In this document: piece by piece, positions 12,801 through 27,045 of the stretch
How the letters are laid out: the number at the start of each line of letters is the position of its first letter
Position numbering within the stretch: position 1 is the first letter of the stretch
NCBI RefSeq assembly: GCF_006345805.1
Contig: NC_043024.1
Coordinates: 14,446,001-14,510,000, forward strand
Direction: 5' to 3'
DNA from: Octopus sinensis
Lineage: Eukaryota
Length of the DNA stretch: 64,000 nucleotides
Position numbers and translations under genes: made by a program
The notes under the pieces: model-generated
What the model was told of the DNA's origin: nothing
Database searches by the model: none
Seen by the model: the letters and a program-made list of their open reading frames with translations, nothing else

Positions 12801-15800
12801 TAAGTAACAATTGATGACAACAACCAGATTTTATGATGTGGAGAGTTAGAGAGCAACACTGCAGAAACTGAACTGTAAAAGTTATATTATGAATGAGCCA
12901 TAGTTTTCATTTGTAGTACTTGGCATTTTATCTCTTCTACTAATATGTTTAAGAAATCACGAATGTTATTAACTTGCTTTTCTCCCCTACAAATCTTGTA
13001 TTTATCCAAAAAAATGTTACTAATATCTCTACTTAATACAGCAGCAAGCCACACCCTGCCATTAAGTCAAGGAATTTAGCTGCTATTGAGATTTTACCTC
13101 ATGAATTTCAAATGTGACATTTTAATAAATCCTTTTTTAATTCTTGTTTTAGTTGAAAAGTGCAGATTTATGGATGGAATGGCAAATGGGAAATTGATCC
13201 CAGATTCTGATATCTTCCTCCCCACTAAGGAATCTCCAGAAGTGCTACGGCCATCTGGAATAGGTTGGAAAATAAAGCCATTTGCTGCTTCATCACAACT
13301 TGAAGTTAAAATTGATAACAACATTTTGAAATATGGAGCAGTAGTTATTTTACGGAAGCATAAAAATGTAGATATGTTTTTGATATTTTATCAGGAAGAT
13401 GATTCAAACGTAATAAGGGTAAGTGATATAAATATTTACTTTTATAAAAGTTTAACCATTAAACATTCAGATATTTTTTGTCAAACGTAATCCTTATTCT
13501 TTCACATTGTTTAAAATTAATTATGCATTATCTTGTGGCTTTGAGATTTTGATGATGTGATTGTTTATTTTGAGAATGACACTGTAGTAACGGAAGGCAT
13601 TCAATTTGATGCTATACTGTGTTAGATATCTTTGTACTTGTTATGATGGGACATCTGAAATATCATCGTATACTTTAATTGAACACTGAAAAATGGAAAA
13701 GAAGAAATAGCACATTCCATTTGGCAAAACATAATCCAAATTTCATTAGAGAATAAAGTCTAAAATATTTAACGTTAAGGTGGCCGTGTGGTAAAATCTT
13801 GCTTTGAAACCATAAGGTTCCAGGTCAGACCATGTGAAAAGATGATAGAGTCATTGCTGGACAACTTTGACGTTGGCTCAATTGGACCACTGAAGACCAA
13901 TGGTTAAACCAGACTACAGACAAGAATGTTGAGCCAATTAAAGTGCTCGGAGGGTGGAGTTAACCCTGTACTGCTTATACTGAGGTCTCTTCATTAAATG
14001 CAAGCTTTTTCTTGTTTAGGAAAACAAACAGAATGAATTGCTTTGGTTCTAATTTATTTCTCTGGTGGATATTTTACTAAACTTGACGAGGTATTCACAA
14101 AGTCTAAATACAAGACGAGACACTAGGTATTTACTTCACTCTGTAAAATGGTGTTCTCTTAATATCATGTTTGGTTCTTTTTTGCAATAGGGTTTCAATG
14201 CAACTGAAAATGGTACCTTACCACAAGGAACAAATGTAGACCAGATTCGGATTCGCTTTCGACCGGTAAACTCAGAGGAAGCAATGACTGTCACTCTGTC
14301 AATTATTGCCTGTTTCCAAACAATAAGTAAGTTAATCATATTTAATTCTATTTCATGTGCTTCAATGTGTTACTGCTGTGTTTTGTGTCTCTATGTGTTT
14401 GTTTTATTTGCTTGTTTTTTCTTTTACCTCACATATATGTATGTATTTATATGTATGTACATATATATGTGTGTGTATATTATTATCGAGATGGTGACTG
14501 CACTCCAGAAATAAGACGGCGGATAGTACCAGGCAGAGAGGCTATGGTCAGCATATGGTCAGCAAGAACTCCCAACACAATTTAACTTACCACATGTCAA
14601 TGAGTAGGCTTTATAGTTCACCCAAACAATAAAAAGAATGTCTAAATCACACTTCCTGTGCTGTAAGCAGTAACATACCCACAGTAAATGTTTTTGTCCT
14701 GTCTTGGAAAACCAGAGATTAATGTTCTAATATGCGTCGTACGAAGGAGAAATTATCTCAATATTATTTTTTGCTCATAACAATATGTTATTTTTGTATG
14801 TCTGGAATTATATGAATACAGAAACACATGCATATGTATTTCACACAGAACATTAAAAAATTTGTTGTATTTGGTCAATATTCTCTTTCATAATCAAAAA
14901 CTCCACATAACTGTAGCATTTAATTTCTTTGGACTTAAACATGAACATTGAAAGAAATGCAAAACTGAAATTTGAAAAAGGCAATTGTAGAAACATCTCT
15001 GCAATTTTAATGCCATTTTAGAAATTACACAAAATGAGTAAACATAGTTTCTAGTGCTACATTTTGTATCTGCCTAAATGTAAAATGAGTTATCTACTTT
15101 GCATTTCCAGCACCATCAAGCCCAACACCATATTTAGGATCGAGTCCAACAGGTTAGTAAATATTGCCTTGAATTCAAATCATTTATATGCTAACATTTC
15201 AATTCATTGTTTATGTTTGTGTATCAGTACAAATGCATGGACAAATCTTGTATTTACCAAAACAATATTTTACTAATGTCTCTACTAAATACAGCAGCAA
15301 GCCACGCCCTGCCATTAAGTCAATGAATTTAGCTGCTATTGAGATTTTACCTCATGAATTTCAAATGTGTGTGTGTATGTATCAGTACAAATGCATGGAC
15401 ATCTATCTATCTTCATGTCAATATGGTGGGGAATATGAATATTAGGTTATATGATTCTGTAAATGTGTGGAGATATTTCACCATATATTTATGTATTGTA
15501 TATGCGTGTGCTTTGATATGTATGGAGATACTCTCCCAATTTCTCTTTCCTCCCACTACATCATCATTATCATCTCATCGTTTAACGTCTATTTTCCATG
15601 CTAGCACGGGTTGGACTGTTCGACCGGGGTCTGGGAAGCCAGGAGGCTGCAACCAGGCTCCAGTCTGATCTGGCAGAGTTTCTACAGCTGGATGCCCTTC
15701 CTAACGCCAACCACTCCATGAGTGTAGTGGGTGCTTTTTACGTGCCACCGGCACAGGTGCCAGGGGTGTCTGGCAGTGGCCACGATCGGTTGGTGTCGAG

Positions 15801-16166
15801 GAAAGCAGTCGAGGCGGTGCTGGCATCGGCCACGTTCGGATATATATATATATAAGGGTTGACTGAAATTGGTCAGTTGGAGAGCTGTACCAGGTGCAGT
15901 TTTATTAGGCTTGGTTTCTGTGGCTGGATGCCAACCACTCCAAGAGATTGGTGAGCACCTTTTATTTGTCACTAGCATGGGTGGTTTTACATCATGACAC
16001 TGGAGTGGTTGTGTGGTAAGTAGCTTGTTTACCAACCACATGGTTCCGGGTTCAGTCCCACTGCATGGCACCTTGGGCAAGTGTATTCTGCTATAGCCTC
16101 AAGCCGACCAAAGCCTTGTGAGTGGATTTGGTAGGCAGAAACTGAAAGAAGCCCTTCGTATATATG

Positions 16167-16197
<31 letters not shown>

Positions 16198-16411
16198 GTG
16201 TGTGTCTGTGTTTGTCCCCCCAGCATCGCTTGACAACCGATGCTGGTGTGTTTATGTCCCCATCACTTAGCAGTTCGGCAAAAGAGACTGATAGAATAAG
16301 TATTAAGCATACAAAGAATAAGTCCCGGGGTCGAGTTGCTTAACTAAAGGCGATGCTCCAGCATGGCTGCAGTCAAATGACTGAAACAAGTAAAAGAGTA
16401 AAAGAGTATAT

Positions 16412-16487
<76 letters not shown>

Positions 16488-17309
16488 GAGAGAGACACAC
16501 ACACACACATACTGAGTGTGTGTATGTCTGTGAAAGTAAGGAAAACTAATACAGAGATAGGTTGAAAGATAGATGACAGACAGACTGAACAAATATAATC
16601 ATTCCATCATCATCATTTAACATCTGTTTTTCCAAGCTGGCATGGGTTATAGAGGTTGACTGAAATTGGTCAGTTGGAGAGCTGCACCAGGCACAGTTTG
16701 ATTTGACTTAGTTTCTATGGCTGGATGCCAACCACTCTAAGATAGTTGTGGGCACCTTTTATTTGTCACTAGCATGGGTGGTTTTGCATCATGACAAATG
16801 GAAAAATACCTTTGCATAATCAACTTACCTGTATTCAACCTTCCTGGGCATGTTACATGGCAACAGTTGAAAATCAACAACAATGAAAAAAAGAACAGTT
16901 AAGCAGATTTGTCGATGGACAGATGATCTTCCTCTCACCAAAATCCACCCATTTCTGGTTAAGGTGATATTTTGCACTGAGGCTTTCAAACAAGAACCCA
17001 CAGAAAAGCAGGATTTGTTATGGCTGAATGGGGATCCCTTAGTTTTAATCAGTGAACAATTGTCTAAACAAGTGGATGAGGTATATAAACACTCACACAA
17101 TATACATATATTCTACACATTATATATATATATATATACTTATGTAGGACTGGTTGTGTGGTAAGTAGCTAGCTTACTAACCACGTGGTTCCAAGTTCAG
17201 TCCCACTGCGTGGTACCTTGGGCAAGTGTCTTCTACTATAGCCTCGGGCCAACCAAAGCCTTGTGAGTGGATTTGGTAGATGAAAACTGAAAGAAGCCCG
17301 TTATATATA

Positions 17310-17359
<50 letters not shown>

Positions 17360-19422
17360 TGTATGTATGTATGTATGTGTGTGTGTATATGTTTGTGTGT
17401 CTGTGTTTGTCCCCCCACCATCGCTCGACAACCGATGCTGGTGTGTTTACATCCCCGTAACTTAGCTGTTCGGCAAAAAGAGATCGATAGAATACGTACT
17501 AGGCTTACAAAGAATAAATCCTGGAGTCGATTTGCTCGACTAAAAGGCAGTGCTCCAGCATAACCACAGTCAAATGACTGCAAAATTAAGAGTAAAAAGA
17601 GTAAAAGAGTATATGCATGCATGTATGTATGTGTTTGTGTGTGTATACATATATGTATTTATAAAGATAATTTAAATATGGATATCTTCTATTGACATTC
17701 AATAATTTATTTATATCACAATATTACATTAAATACTATGAATATAATACTGTTTACATCTCGCTCACAGATTTATTATTGCTTTATGAATATAATATAT
17801 ATCATAAAATAACATATTTCGTTTTTGGATTTGGTTTGCAAGATTCTTTATATGAGTTCGTGTGTTGAAGCATATTCTGTTGTGTCTGGGGAGAGTCATT
17901 TTCTTTTTGTGCCTTATAATCTAACACACTCACCGGTAAAATTTCCCCTTTTTTCTTATTTTTATTTTCCTAAAATTTTTGTTGCGTCTTGCAACATTTT
18001 CAATAGTTTTGAATATTGAAAAGAAATTTTACTGGTGAGTGTGTTAGATTATAAGACACAAAAAGAAAATGACTCTCCCCATAATTATTTAAATAATTAT
18101 AAAATTATTTAAATAACTAGCAGTATCGCCTGGCGTTGCTCGGGTTTGTAAGAGAAATAACTATATAAGCATTTTTAGAGAGTTACTTCCCTTATATAAA
18201 CCGAGCAAAAAATGCATTAAAAATCCGTGAAAATGATGGTAATTTTTTTTTTAAATCGTAGACTCATTGTAGACGTGCGCTAATACTGAGAAGGGCTCGA
18301 TATGAATCACGACTATAAGATACCCGCTTTTGGTTAAAGTGCACCGCAAAATGTGGGAGTAGTTAGGAATCTAGATCAGAGGAGACAGACTCTCACACAA
18401 CTTAAATTTTATATATAAAGATTATAAAAACTGTAAAAGTTCAACATATTGTTTCGGTTTATATATGTTTTCATATATACATAGTCACAGTTCAATTATA
18501 TATAAGCCACTTCAGGATAAATCTTCCATTAAAATGTTTTTGTTGTTATTCAATAGTAATTGATGTAAGATTTAATAATTAACACTCAGGCTCATAACAC
18601 AGACATTTGAATTAATTTTTATACAATCTAGCTGTCCTTTCCAGATGGGATTTCGTCTTTCTGAACCAATTTACCCTGAAGTAGCTTGTATATAATTGAA
18701 CTGTGACTATGTATATCAGCAAACATATATATAAGCCGAAACAATTTGTTGAACTTTACAGTTTTTATAATTCATCATCATCATCATCGTTTAACGTCTA
18801 TTTTCCATGCTAGCATGGGTTGGACGGTTTGACCAGAGTCTGGGAAGCCAGGAGGCTGCACCAGGCCCAGTCTGGTCTGGCAGAGTTTCTACAGCTGGAT
18901 GCCCTTCCTAACGCCAACCACTCCAGGAGTGTAGTGGGTGCTTTTTACGTGCCACCGGCACAGGTGCCAGACGAGGCTAGCAACAGCCATGATCGGATGG
19001 TGCTTTTTACGGGTCACCGGCACGGAGGCCAGTCAGGGTGGCGCTGGCAACGGTCATGTTCGGATGGTTCTATATAATTATTTATATAATATTATGTTAT
19101 TATATTTATAATATTTATATATTATATATATTATTATATAATAATAATATTAGGGAGTAAATCCAATCTTACAGGGAAAAATTAGATTTAGGATTAAATC
19201 CAATTTTATAGTATAAATATATATTATATTAAATTAGAGATAAAACCACTATTAGGCAAATCAAACAGTGAAAATCATAAGCCAATACATACAAAAAAAT
19301 TAATTAAAAAATATAAAATATAAATATAAAAAATATAAAATATGAAATTCCAAATTAAAATATTTAAATTAAAGTTAAAATTTTAAAAATTATTTAAATA
19401 CTTTAAACATATAAATTTTAAA

Positions 19423-19474
<52 letters not shown>

Positions 19475-19846
19475 ATTATTATTATTATTTTATTTATTTA
19501 TTTATTTATTTATTTATTATTTTTTATTTTATTTTAATTTTTTTTTGTTTGTAAATTATATAACTATCAAAAAGTATTAAAAGTTTAATATAAGATATAT
19601 AGTATACTATATATCTTATATTAAACTTTTAATACTTTTGGGTAGTTATATAATTAAAAACAAAAAAAAAATTAATAAATAAATAAATAAAATAATTAAA
19701 TAATAATAATAATAATAAAAATATAAATATAAAAAATATAAATATAAATATAAAAAATATAAAATATGAAATTCCAAATTAAAATATTTAAATTAAAGTT
19801 AAAATTTTAAAAATTATTTAAATACTTTAAACATATAAATTTTAAA

Positions 19847-19900
<54 letters not shown>

Positions 19901-20123
19901 ATTATTATTATTATTTTATTATTTTATTTATTTATTTATTTATTTTTTATTTTATTTTAATTTTTTTTTGTTTGTAAATTATATAACTATCAAAAAGTAT
20001 TAAAAGTTTAATATAAGATATATAGTATACTATATATCTTATATTAAACTTTTAATACTTTTGGGTAGTTATATAATTTAAAAACAAAAAAAAAAATTAA
20101 TAAATAAATAAATAAAATAATTA

Positions 20124-20155
<32 letters not shown>

Positions 20156-20607
20156 TATAAATATAAATATATTTAAAATTTATAAGTTTAAAATAATTAA
20201 ATAATTTTTAAAATTTTAACTTTAATTTAAATATTTTAATTAGGAATTTCATATTTTATATTTTTTATATTTATATTTTATATTTTTAAATTAATTTTAT
20301 GTTTTGGCTTATGATTTTCACTGTTTGATTTGCCTAATAGTGGTTTTATCTCTAATTTAATATAATATATTATTATATAGTATGTATATATTATATATTA
20401 TAATATTTATATGATATTATGTTATGTTTTATGATATGTATTATATACATAATATTTAATGTAAGATTGTAATATAAATAAATTATTGGATTGTCCATAG
20501 AATATCTGAATTATACCAATATTTATATGGTATCCAACTGACGTACCAGTGAATTGGATGTTTAATACACACCTTTGAAGGATCTCCTTTCCTCAGTTTC
20601 TAACTTC

Positions 20608-20638
<31 letters not shown>

Positions 20639-20650
20639 TATATATAGATG

Positions 20651-20690
<40 letters not shown>

Positions 20691-21156
20691 AATATATATA
20701 TTTGCGAAGACGTGTTGGGGCAAGCGAAATCGAAATCGAATTGAACCAGCCAGGATCCCTGGTCTGGTGGTATGTAAAAAGCACTATCCGACTCGTGGCC
20801 GATGCCAGCACTGCCTCGACTGGCTTCCGTGCCGGTGGCACATAAAATCCACCAATCCGACCATGGCCGTTGCCAGCCTCGCCTGGCACCTGTGCGGGTG
20901 GCACGTAAAAAGCACCCACTACACTCACGGAGTGGTTGGCGTTAGGAAGGGCATCCAGCTGTAGAAACATTGCCAGATAAGACAGGAGCCTGGTGCAGCC
21001 TTCTGGCTTCCCAGATCCCCGGTCGAACCGTCCAACCCATGCTAGTATGGAGAACGGACGTTAAACGATGATGATGATGATGATGATGATATATATATAT
21101 CATTATCAGCATCATCATTATTTAACATCTGCTTTCATGCTGGCATGGGTTGATGT

Positions 21157-21220
<64 letters not shown>

Positions 21221-21265
21221 ACATATATGTATATGTACATATATATACATATATGCATGTATACA

Positions 21266-21306
<41 letters not shown>

Positions 21307-24300
21307 ACAAACACATACATACTTACATATGTACACATATATTCATATATACACTCACACAGCAACAAAACCAGCAAAAATATTTTGGAATTAAAAAAAA
21401 CTTACATTTTCAGTGGTTCTCTTTTTGTTAATTGACATGAATGTTGGCTGGAATGGTTGAGATGGTATAGATTGGTATATATACTGGTATACAAAGAGGA
21501 GCTGGTATATATATACAGAACTTAACTAAAAGAGATAAAAAAAGAGCCAATATATTTTGTTAATGCATTCCACACACATCAAATGTCAATTTTAATATCT
21601 AACCAGTTAGCACTTCATGAATGGCACAAAGTGAAAGTAAATGATAAGAAGCAAATTTGGAAAAGGCAATAGGGGGAAAATGTATGTCACATTTGTGCCA
21701 TTTTGAAAATTAACAAAAGAAAGAAATCAAGGGTTTTAAGTCACATCATTAGGGAGGAAACGATTGACTGGGAGTCTGCTTGAGTTATGAATGTGTATTT
21801 TGTTTTGTCTTAAATGCAGCATGGAATAAAATATCTATTTTCAATTTCCAGCATCAACCGTATCAATGCCATATTCAGAATCCACAGTAACAGGTTTGTA
21901 CATATTATCACGAATTAAAAAGACTTATATCATTTAATTCATCAGGTGGGTGTGTGTATATGTGTGTGTTTGTGACTGTATGTAAATGAAAAGTGACTGC
22001 AAAAGTAAATGATAAGAAGCAAATTTGGAAAAGGCAATAGTGGCGACATGTATGTCAAATTAACACCATATTGAAAATTACCGAAAGAAAAGAATCATGA
22101 TGTTTCAGCCTCATCATTAGTAGGGAAACGATTGACTGAGAGTTTGCTGCAATTATGAATGTGTATTTTATCAGGTCATTTAGAATAGAATGTCTGATTT
22201 TGAACTGAAAGTTTATTTTACTTTATCTCAACGAAAAGCAATGAAGTTAATCAAAGTATGCGCCTAAATTATCAACATAATTTTGCCATTTTATCAGTAG
22301 CTCATTGATGCCAGCAGCAAAAGATTCTGGAGAGCAAGAAGTGATGATGAAATCACAAAAGGCTGTTTTTGCATCTTATTCAGATTTGCAAAAAGTTGCC
22401 TGGAAAACAAGAGAGTCAGTTGGTCCAAGGACTGGAGAATATGGTGGATGACAGAGTACTTCCATGTTCAGTTCCTGTAACCTGAGTAGTGATCTTTGTG
22501 CAAAATGTGGTCAAGCATTGTCTTGCAAGAGAATTGGCCTGTCTCTATCAACCAATGTTGGTTGTTTAATGGCAAGTGAACTCATCATTTCATCTAGTTG
22601 GTTGATGTATACATCTGCTGTAGTGGATAACACCAGGGCTGGACCACCAAACAGACACCATTAGCTCTGATGAAAGTAGCATTAATTTCCTTAGGTTGTT
22701 CAGTTCTCCTCAATTGATCAATAGGCCAGTTGGGTAAACCTGTCTCTAAATGTACCTATAATGACTACTGGACACAAATGGAAACAAAGTTGGCTCTGAT
22801 AAAGGCAAAATATGTAATGACCATCACTGTTAACTTCTTTCTGATATAATTTGGGAAAGGCATGAGTGGAAACATGTATGTCACATTTGTGCCATTTTGA
22901 AAATTACTAAAAGAAAGGAACCAAGGTTTTTCAGCCAGATCAGTGGGGAAGAAACGATTGAGTGAGAGTCTGTTTGAGTTATAAATGTGTATTTTATTTT
23001 GTCTTAAATGCAGTATGGAATAAGATATCTATTTTCAATTTCCAGCATCATCCGTATCAATACCATATCCAGAATCCACAGTAACAGGTTCGTACATATT
23101 ATCATGAATTTAATTCATCAGGTGAATATGTGTTTGTATGTGTGTGTAGGTGTGTGTGTGTATGTAAGAACTACTTGTATAAAATATTATACAATATGGT
23201 GTTGAATATATCAACACCATATTCAGAATCTACAGCAACAGGTTTGTTCATATTCTCATGGATTAAAAAGACTTTGTAATTTATCAGGTGGGGGCATGTG
23301 TGTGGCGTGTGTGTATGAGAGTGTTTTTGACTGTATAACATGTGTGTGTGTGTGTATTGTGTGTATGCATTTTGTATGTGTACATTTTTGTGTGAGTGTA
23401 AATTGCAAGTTTGTGCATGCGCGTGTATTTATGTCAGAACTCCTAGTATAATATATTGAGAAAATCAGAAATTCAACAAGTAGGTGCAGGAGTGGTTGTG
23501 TGGTAAGTAGCTTGCTAACCAACCACATGGTTCCGGGTTCAGTCCCACTGCATGGTATCTTGGTAAGTCTCTTCTACTATAGCCTCAGGCCAACCAAAGC
23601 CTTGTGAGTGGATTTGGTAGACGTAAACCAAAAGAACCCCATCGTATATATATGTGTGGTATAATATATATATGTGTGTGGTGTGTGTGTGTGTAAATAT
23701 ATGTGAGTATATGTTTATTTGTCTTTGTTTGCTCTGATAAAGGCAAAATATGTAATGACCATCACTGTTGACTTCTTTCTGTTATAATTTGAGAAATGCA
23801 ATAGTGGAAAAATGTATGTCACATTTGTGCCATTTTGAAAATTACCAAAAGAAAGGAACCAAGGCTTTTCAGCCAGATCAGTGGTGAAGAAACGATTGAG
23901 TGAGACTTTGCTTGAGTTTTAGATGTGTATTTTATTGTCTTAAATGCAGTATGGAATAAGATATCCATTTTCAATTTCCAGCATCATCCGTATCAATGCC
24001 ATATTCAGAATCCACAGTAACAGGTTTGTACCTATTGTTATGAATTAAAAACACTTTGTGTGATAAAATTTAATTCATCAAGTGTGTTTGTGACTGTATG
24101 TAAATGATAAGTGACTGTAAAAGCAAATTATAAGAAGAAGCAAATTTGGAAAAGGCAATAGTGGAAACGTGCCAGTGGCACGTGAAGAAAAACATTCAAG
24201 CAAGGTCATTGCCAGTACCGCCTGAGTGGCCTTCGTGCCGGGGGCACGTAAAAGTACCCACTACATTATTGGAGTGGTTGGCGTTAGGAAGGGCATCCAG

Positions 24301-26078
24301 CTGTAGAAACTTTGCCAGATAAAGATTGGAGCCTAGTGCAGCCATCAGGTTCGCCAGTCCTCAGTCAGATCGTCCAACCCATGCTAGCATGGAAAGCGGG
24401 CGTTAAATGATGATGATGATGTATGTATGTATGTCACATTAACACCATATTGAAAATTACTGAAAGTAAAGAATCATGATGTTTCAGCCTCATCATTAGG
24501 AGGGAAACGATTGACTGAGAGTTTGCTGCAATTATGAATGTGTATTTTATCAGGTCATTAAGAATAGAATGTCTGATTTTGAGGTGAAATTTTATTTTAC
24601 TTTATCTCAATGAAAAGCAATGAAGGTAATCAAAGTTTGCACCTAAATTATCAATACAATTTTGCCATTTTATCAGTAGCTTATTAATGCCAGCAGCAAA
24701 GGATTCTGGAGAGCAAGATGTGATGATGAAATCACAAAAGGCTGTTTTTGCATCTTATTCAGATTTGCAAAAAGTTGTCTAATGCCTGGAAAACAGGATT
24801 GTCAGTTGATGCAAGGTCTGGAGAATATGGTGGATGACAGAGTACTTCCATGTTCAGTTCCTGTAACCTGAGTAGTGTTCTTTGTGCAAAATGTGGTCAA
24901 GCATTGTCTTGCAAGAGAATTGGCCTGTCTCTATCAACCAATGTTGGTTGTTTAATTGCAAGTGAACTCATCATTTCATCTAGTTGGTTGATGTATACAT
25001 CTGCTGTAATTGACTTACCAGGCCTCATGAAGCTGTAGTGGATAACACCAGGGCTGGACCACCAAACAGACACCATTAGCTCTGATGAAAGTAGCATTAA
25101 TTTCCTTAGGTTGTTCAGTTCTCTTCAATTGATCAATAGTCCAGTTGGGTAAACCTGTCTCTAAATGTACCTATAATGACTACTGGACACAAATGGAAAC
25201 AAAGTTGGCTCTGATAAAGGTAAAATATGTAATGACCATCACTGTTAATTCCTTTCTGATATAATTTGGGAAAGGGATAAGTGGAAACATGTATGTCACA
25301 TTTGTGCCATTTTGAAAATTACCAAAAGAAAGGAACCAATGTTTTTCAGCCAGATCAGTGGGGAAGAAACGATTGAGTGAGAGTCTGCTTGAGTTATAAA
25401 TGTGTATTTTATTTTGTCTTAAATGCAGTATGGAATAAGATATCTATTTTCAATTTCCAGCATCATCCGTATCAATACCATATTCAGAATCCACAGTAAC
25501 AGGTTTGTACATATTAGCATGAATTTAATTCATCAGGTGAATATGTGTTTGTATGTGTGTGTAGGTGTGTGTGTGTATGTAAGAATTACTTGTATAAAAT
25601 ATTATACAATATGGTGTTGAATATATCAACACCATATTCAGAATCTACAGCAACAGGTTTGTTCATATTCTCATGGATTAAAAAGACTTTGTAATTTATC
25701 AGGTGGGGGCATGTGTGTGCGTGTGTGTATGAGAGTGTTTTTGACTGTATATACATGTGTGTGTGTGTGTATTTGTGTGTATGCATTTTTGTATGTGTAC
25801 ATTTTTGTGTGAGTGTAAATTTGCAAGTTTGTGCATGCGCGTGTATTTATGTCAGAACTCCTAGTATAATATATTGAGAAAATCAAAAATTCAACAAGTA
25901 GGTGCAGGAGTGGTTGTGTGGTAAGTAGCTTGCTAACCAACCACATGGTTCCGGGTTCAGTCCCACTGCATGGTATCTTGGTAAGTCTCTTCTACTATAG
26001 CCTCAGGCCAACCAAAGCCTTGTGAGTGGATTTGGTAGACGTAAACCAAAAGAACCCCATCGTATATATATGTGTGTG

Positions 26079-26113
<35 letters not shown>

Positions 26114-26838
26114 AAATATATGTGAGTATATGTTTATTTGTCTTTGTTTGCTCTGATAAAGGCAAAATATGTAATGACCATCACTGTTGACTTCTTTCTG
26201 TTATAATTTGAGAAATGCAATAGTGGAAAAATGTATGTCAGATTTGTGCCATTTTGAAAATTACCAAAAGAAAGGAACCAAGGTTTTTAAGCCAGATCAG
26301 TGGAGAAGAAACGATTGAGTGAGACTTTGCTTGAGTTTTAGATGTGTATTTTATTGTCTTAAATGCAGTATGGAATAAGGTATCTATTTTCAATTTCCAG
26401 CATCATCCGTATCAATACCATATTCAGAATCCACAGTAACAGGTTTGTACATATTATCATGAATTAAAAACACTCTGTGTGATATCATTTAATTCATTAG
26501 GTGAATGTATGTGTGCATGTGTATGTATGCATGTGTGTGTGTATGTGTGTGTTTGTGTTTGCATGTACATTTGTGTATATGTGTGTGCACACATGCATGT
26601 ATGTGTTGTTTTTCTGTGTGTCGATTTTTTTTCCACCATCTTCCTTTTCTCTTGGACTCTCCTGTCTCCTTTTCTGAAGAAGAGCTTTGGTTGAAACGTA
26701 AAACTACCTTTCTTCCCTTCCCTGAGCATCTCTTAATACTTTACGTACCACGTACACGTTCGACTTGTTTTTTTTTGTGCTTGTTTTATGTTTTTGGGGA
26801 TTTACTATATATATAATATATATATATATATATGTGTG

Positions 26839-26872
<34 letters not shown>

Positions 26873-26873
26873 C

Positions 26874-26906
<33 letters not shown>

Positions 26907-26947
26907 TATTTAGATATATATATATATATATTTAGATATATAATATA

Positions 26948-26989
<42 letters not shown>

Positions 26990-27010
26990 GATATATATAT
27001 ATATAATTAT

Positions 27011-27045
<35 letters not shown>

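Larger units (their letters stand above)
3212..15370 (+). repeat. Recent tandem segmental duplications carrying domain exons A/B and type 1 micro-exons
   Basis: Near-identical intron and exon blocks; offset 6840 between 6313 and 13153; partial units at 8795-10250 and 14565-15370. Confidence 0.95.

Noticed and set aside
3531-14339. Repeated minus-strand ORFs (MLLSILTSS..., [10 protein letters not shown]...)
   Set aside because: Antisense shadows of exons A and B; splice signals support the + strand.
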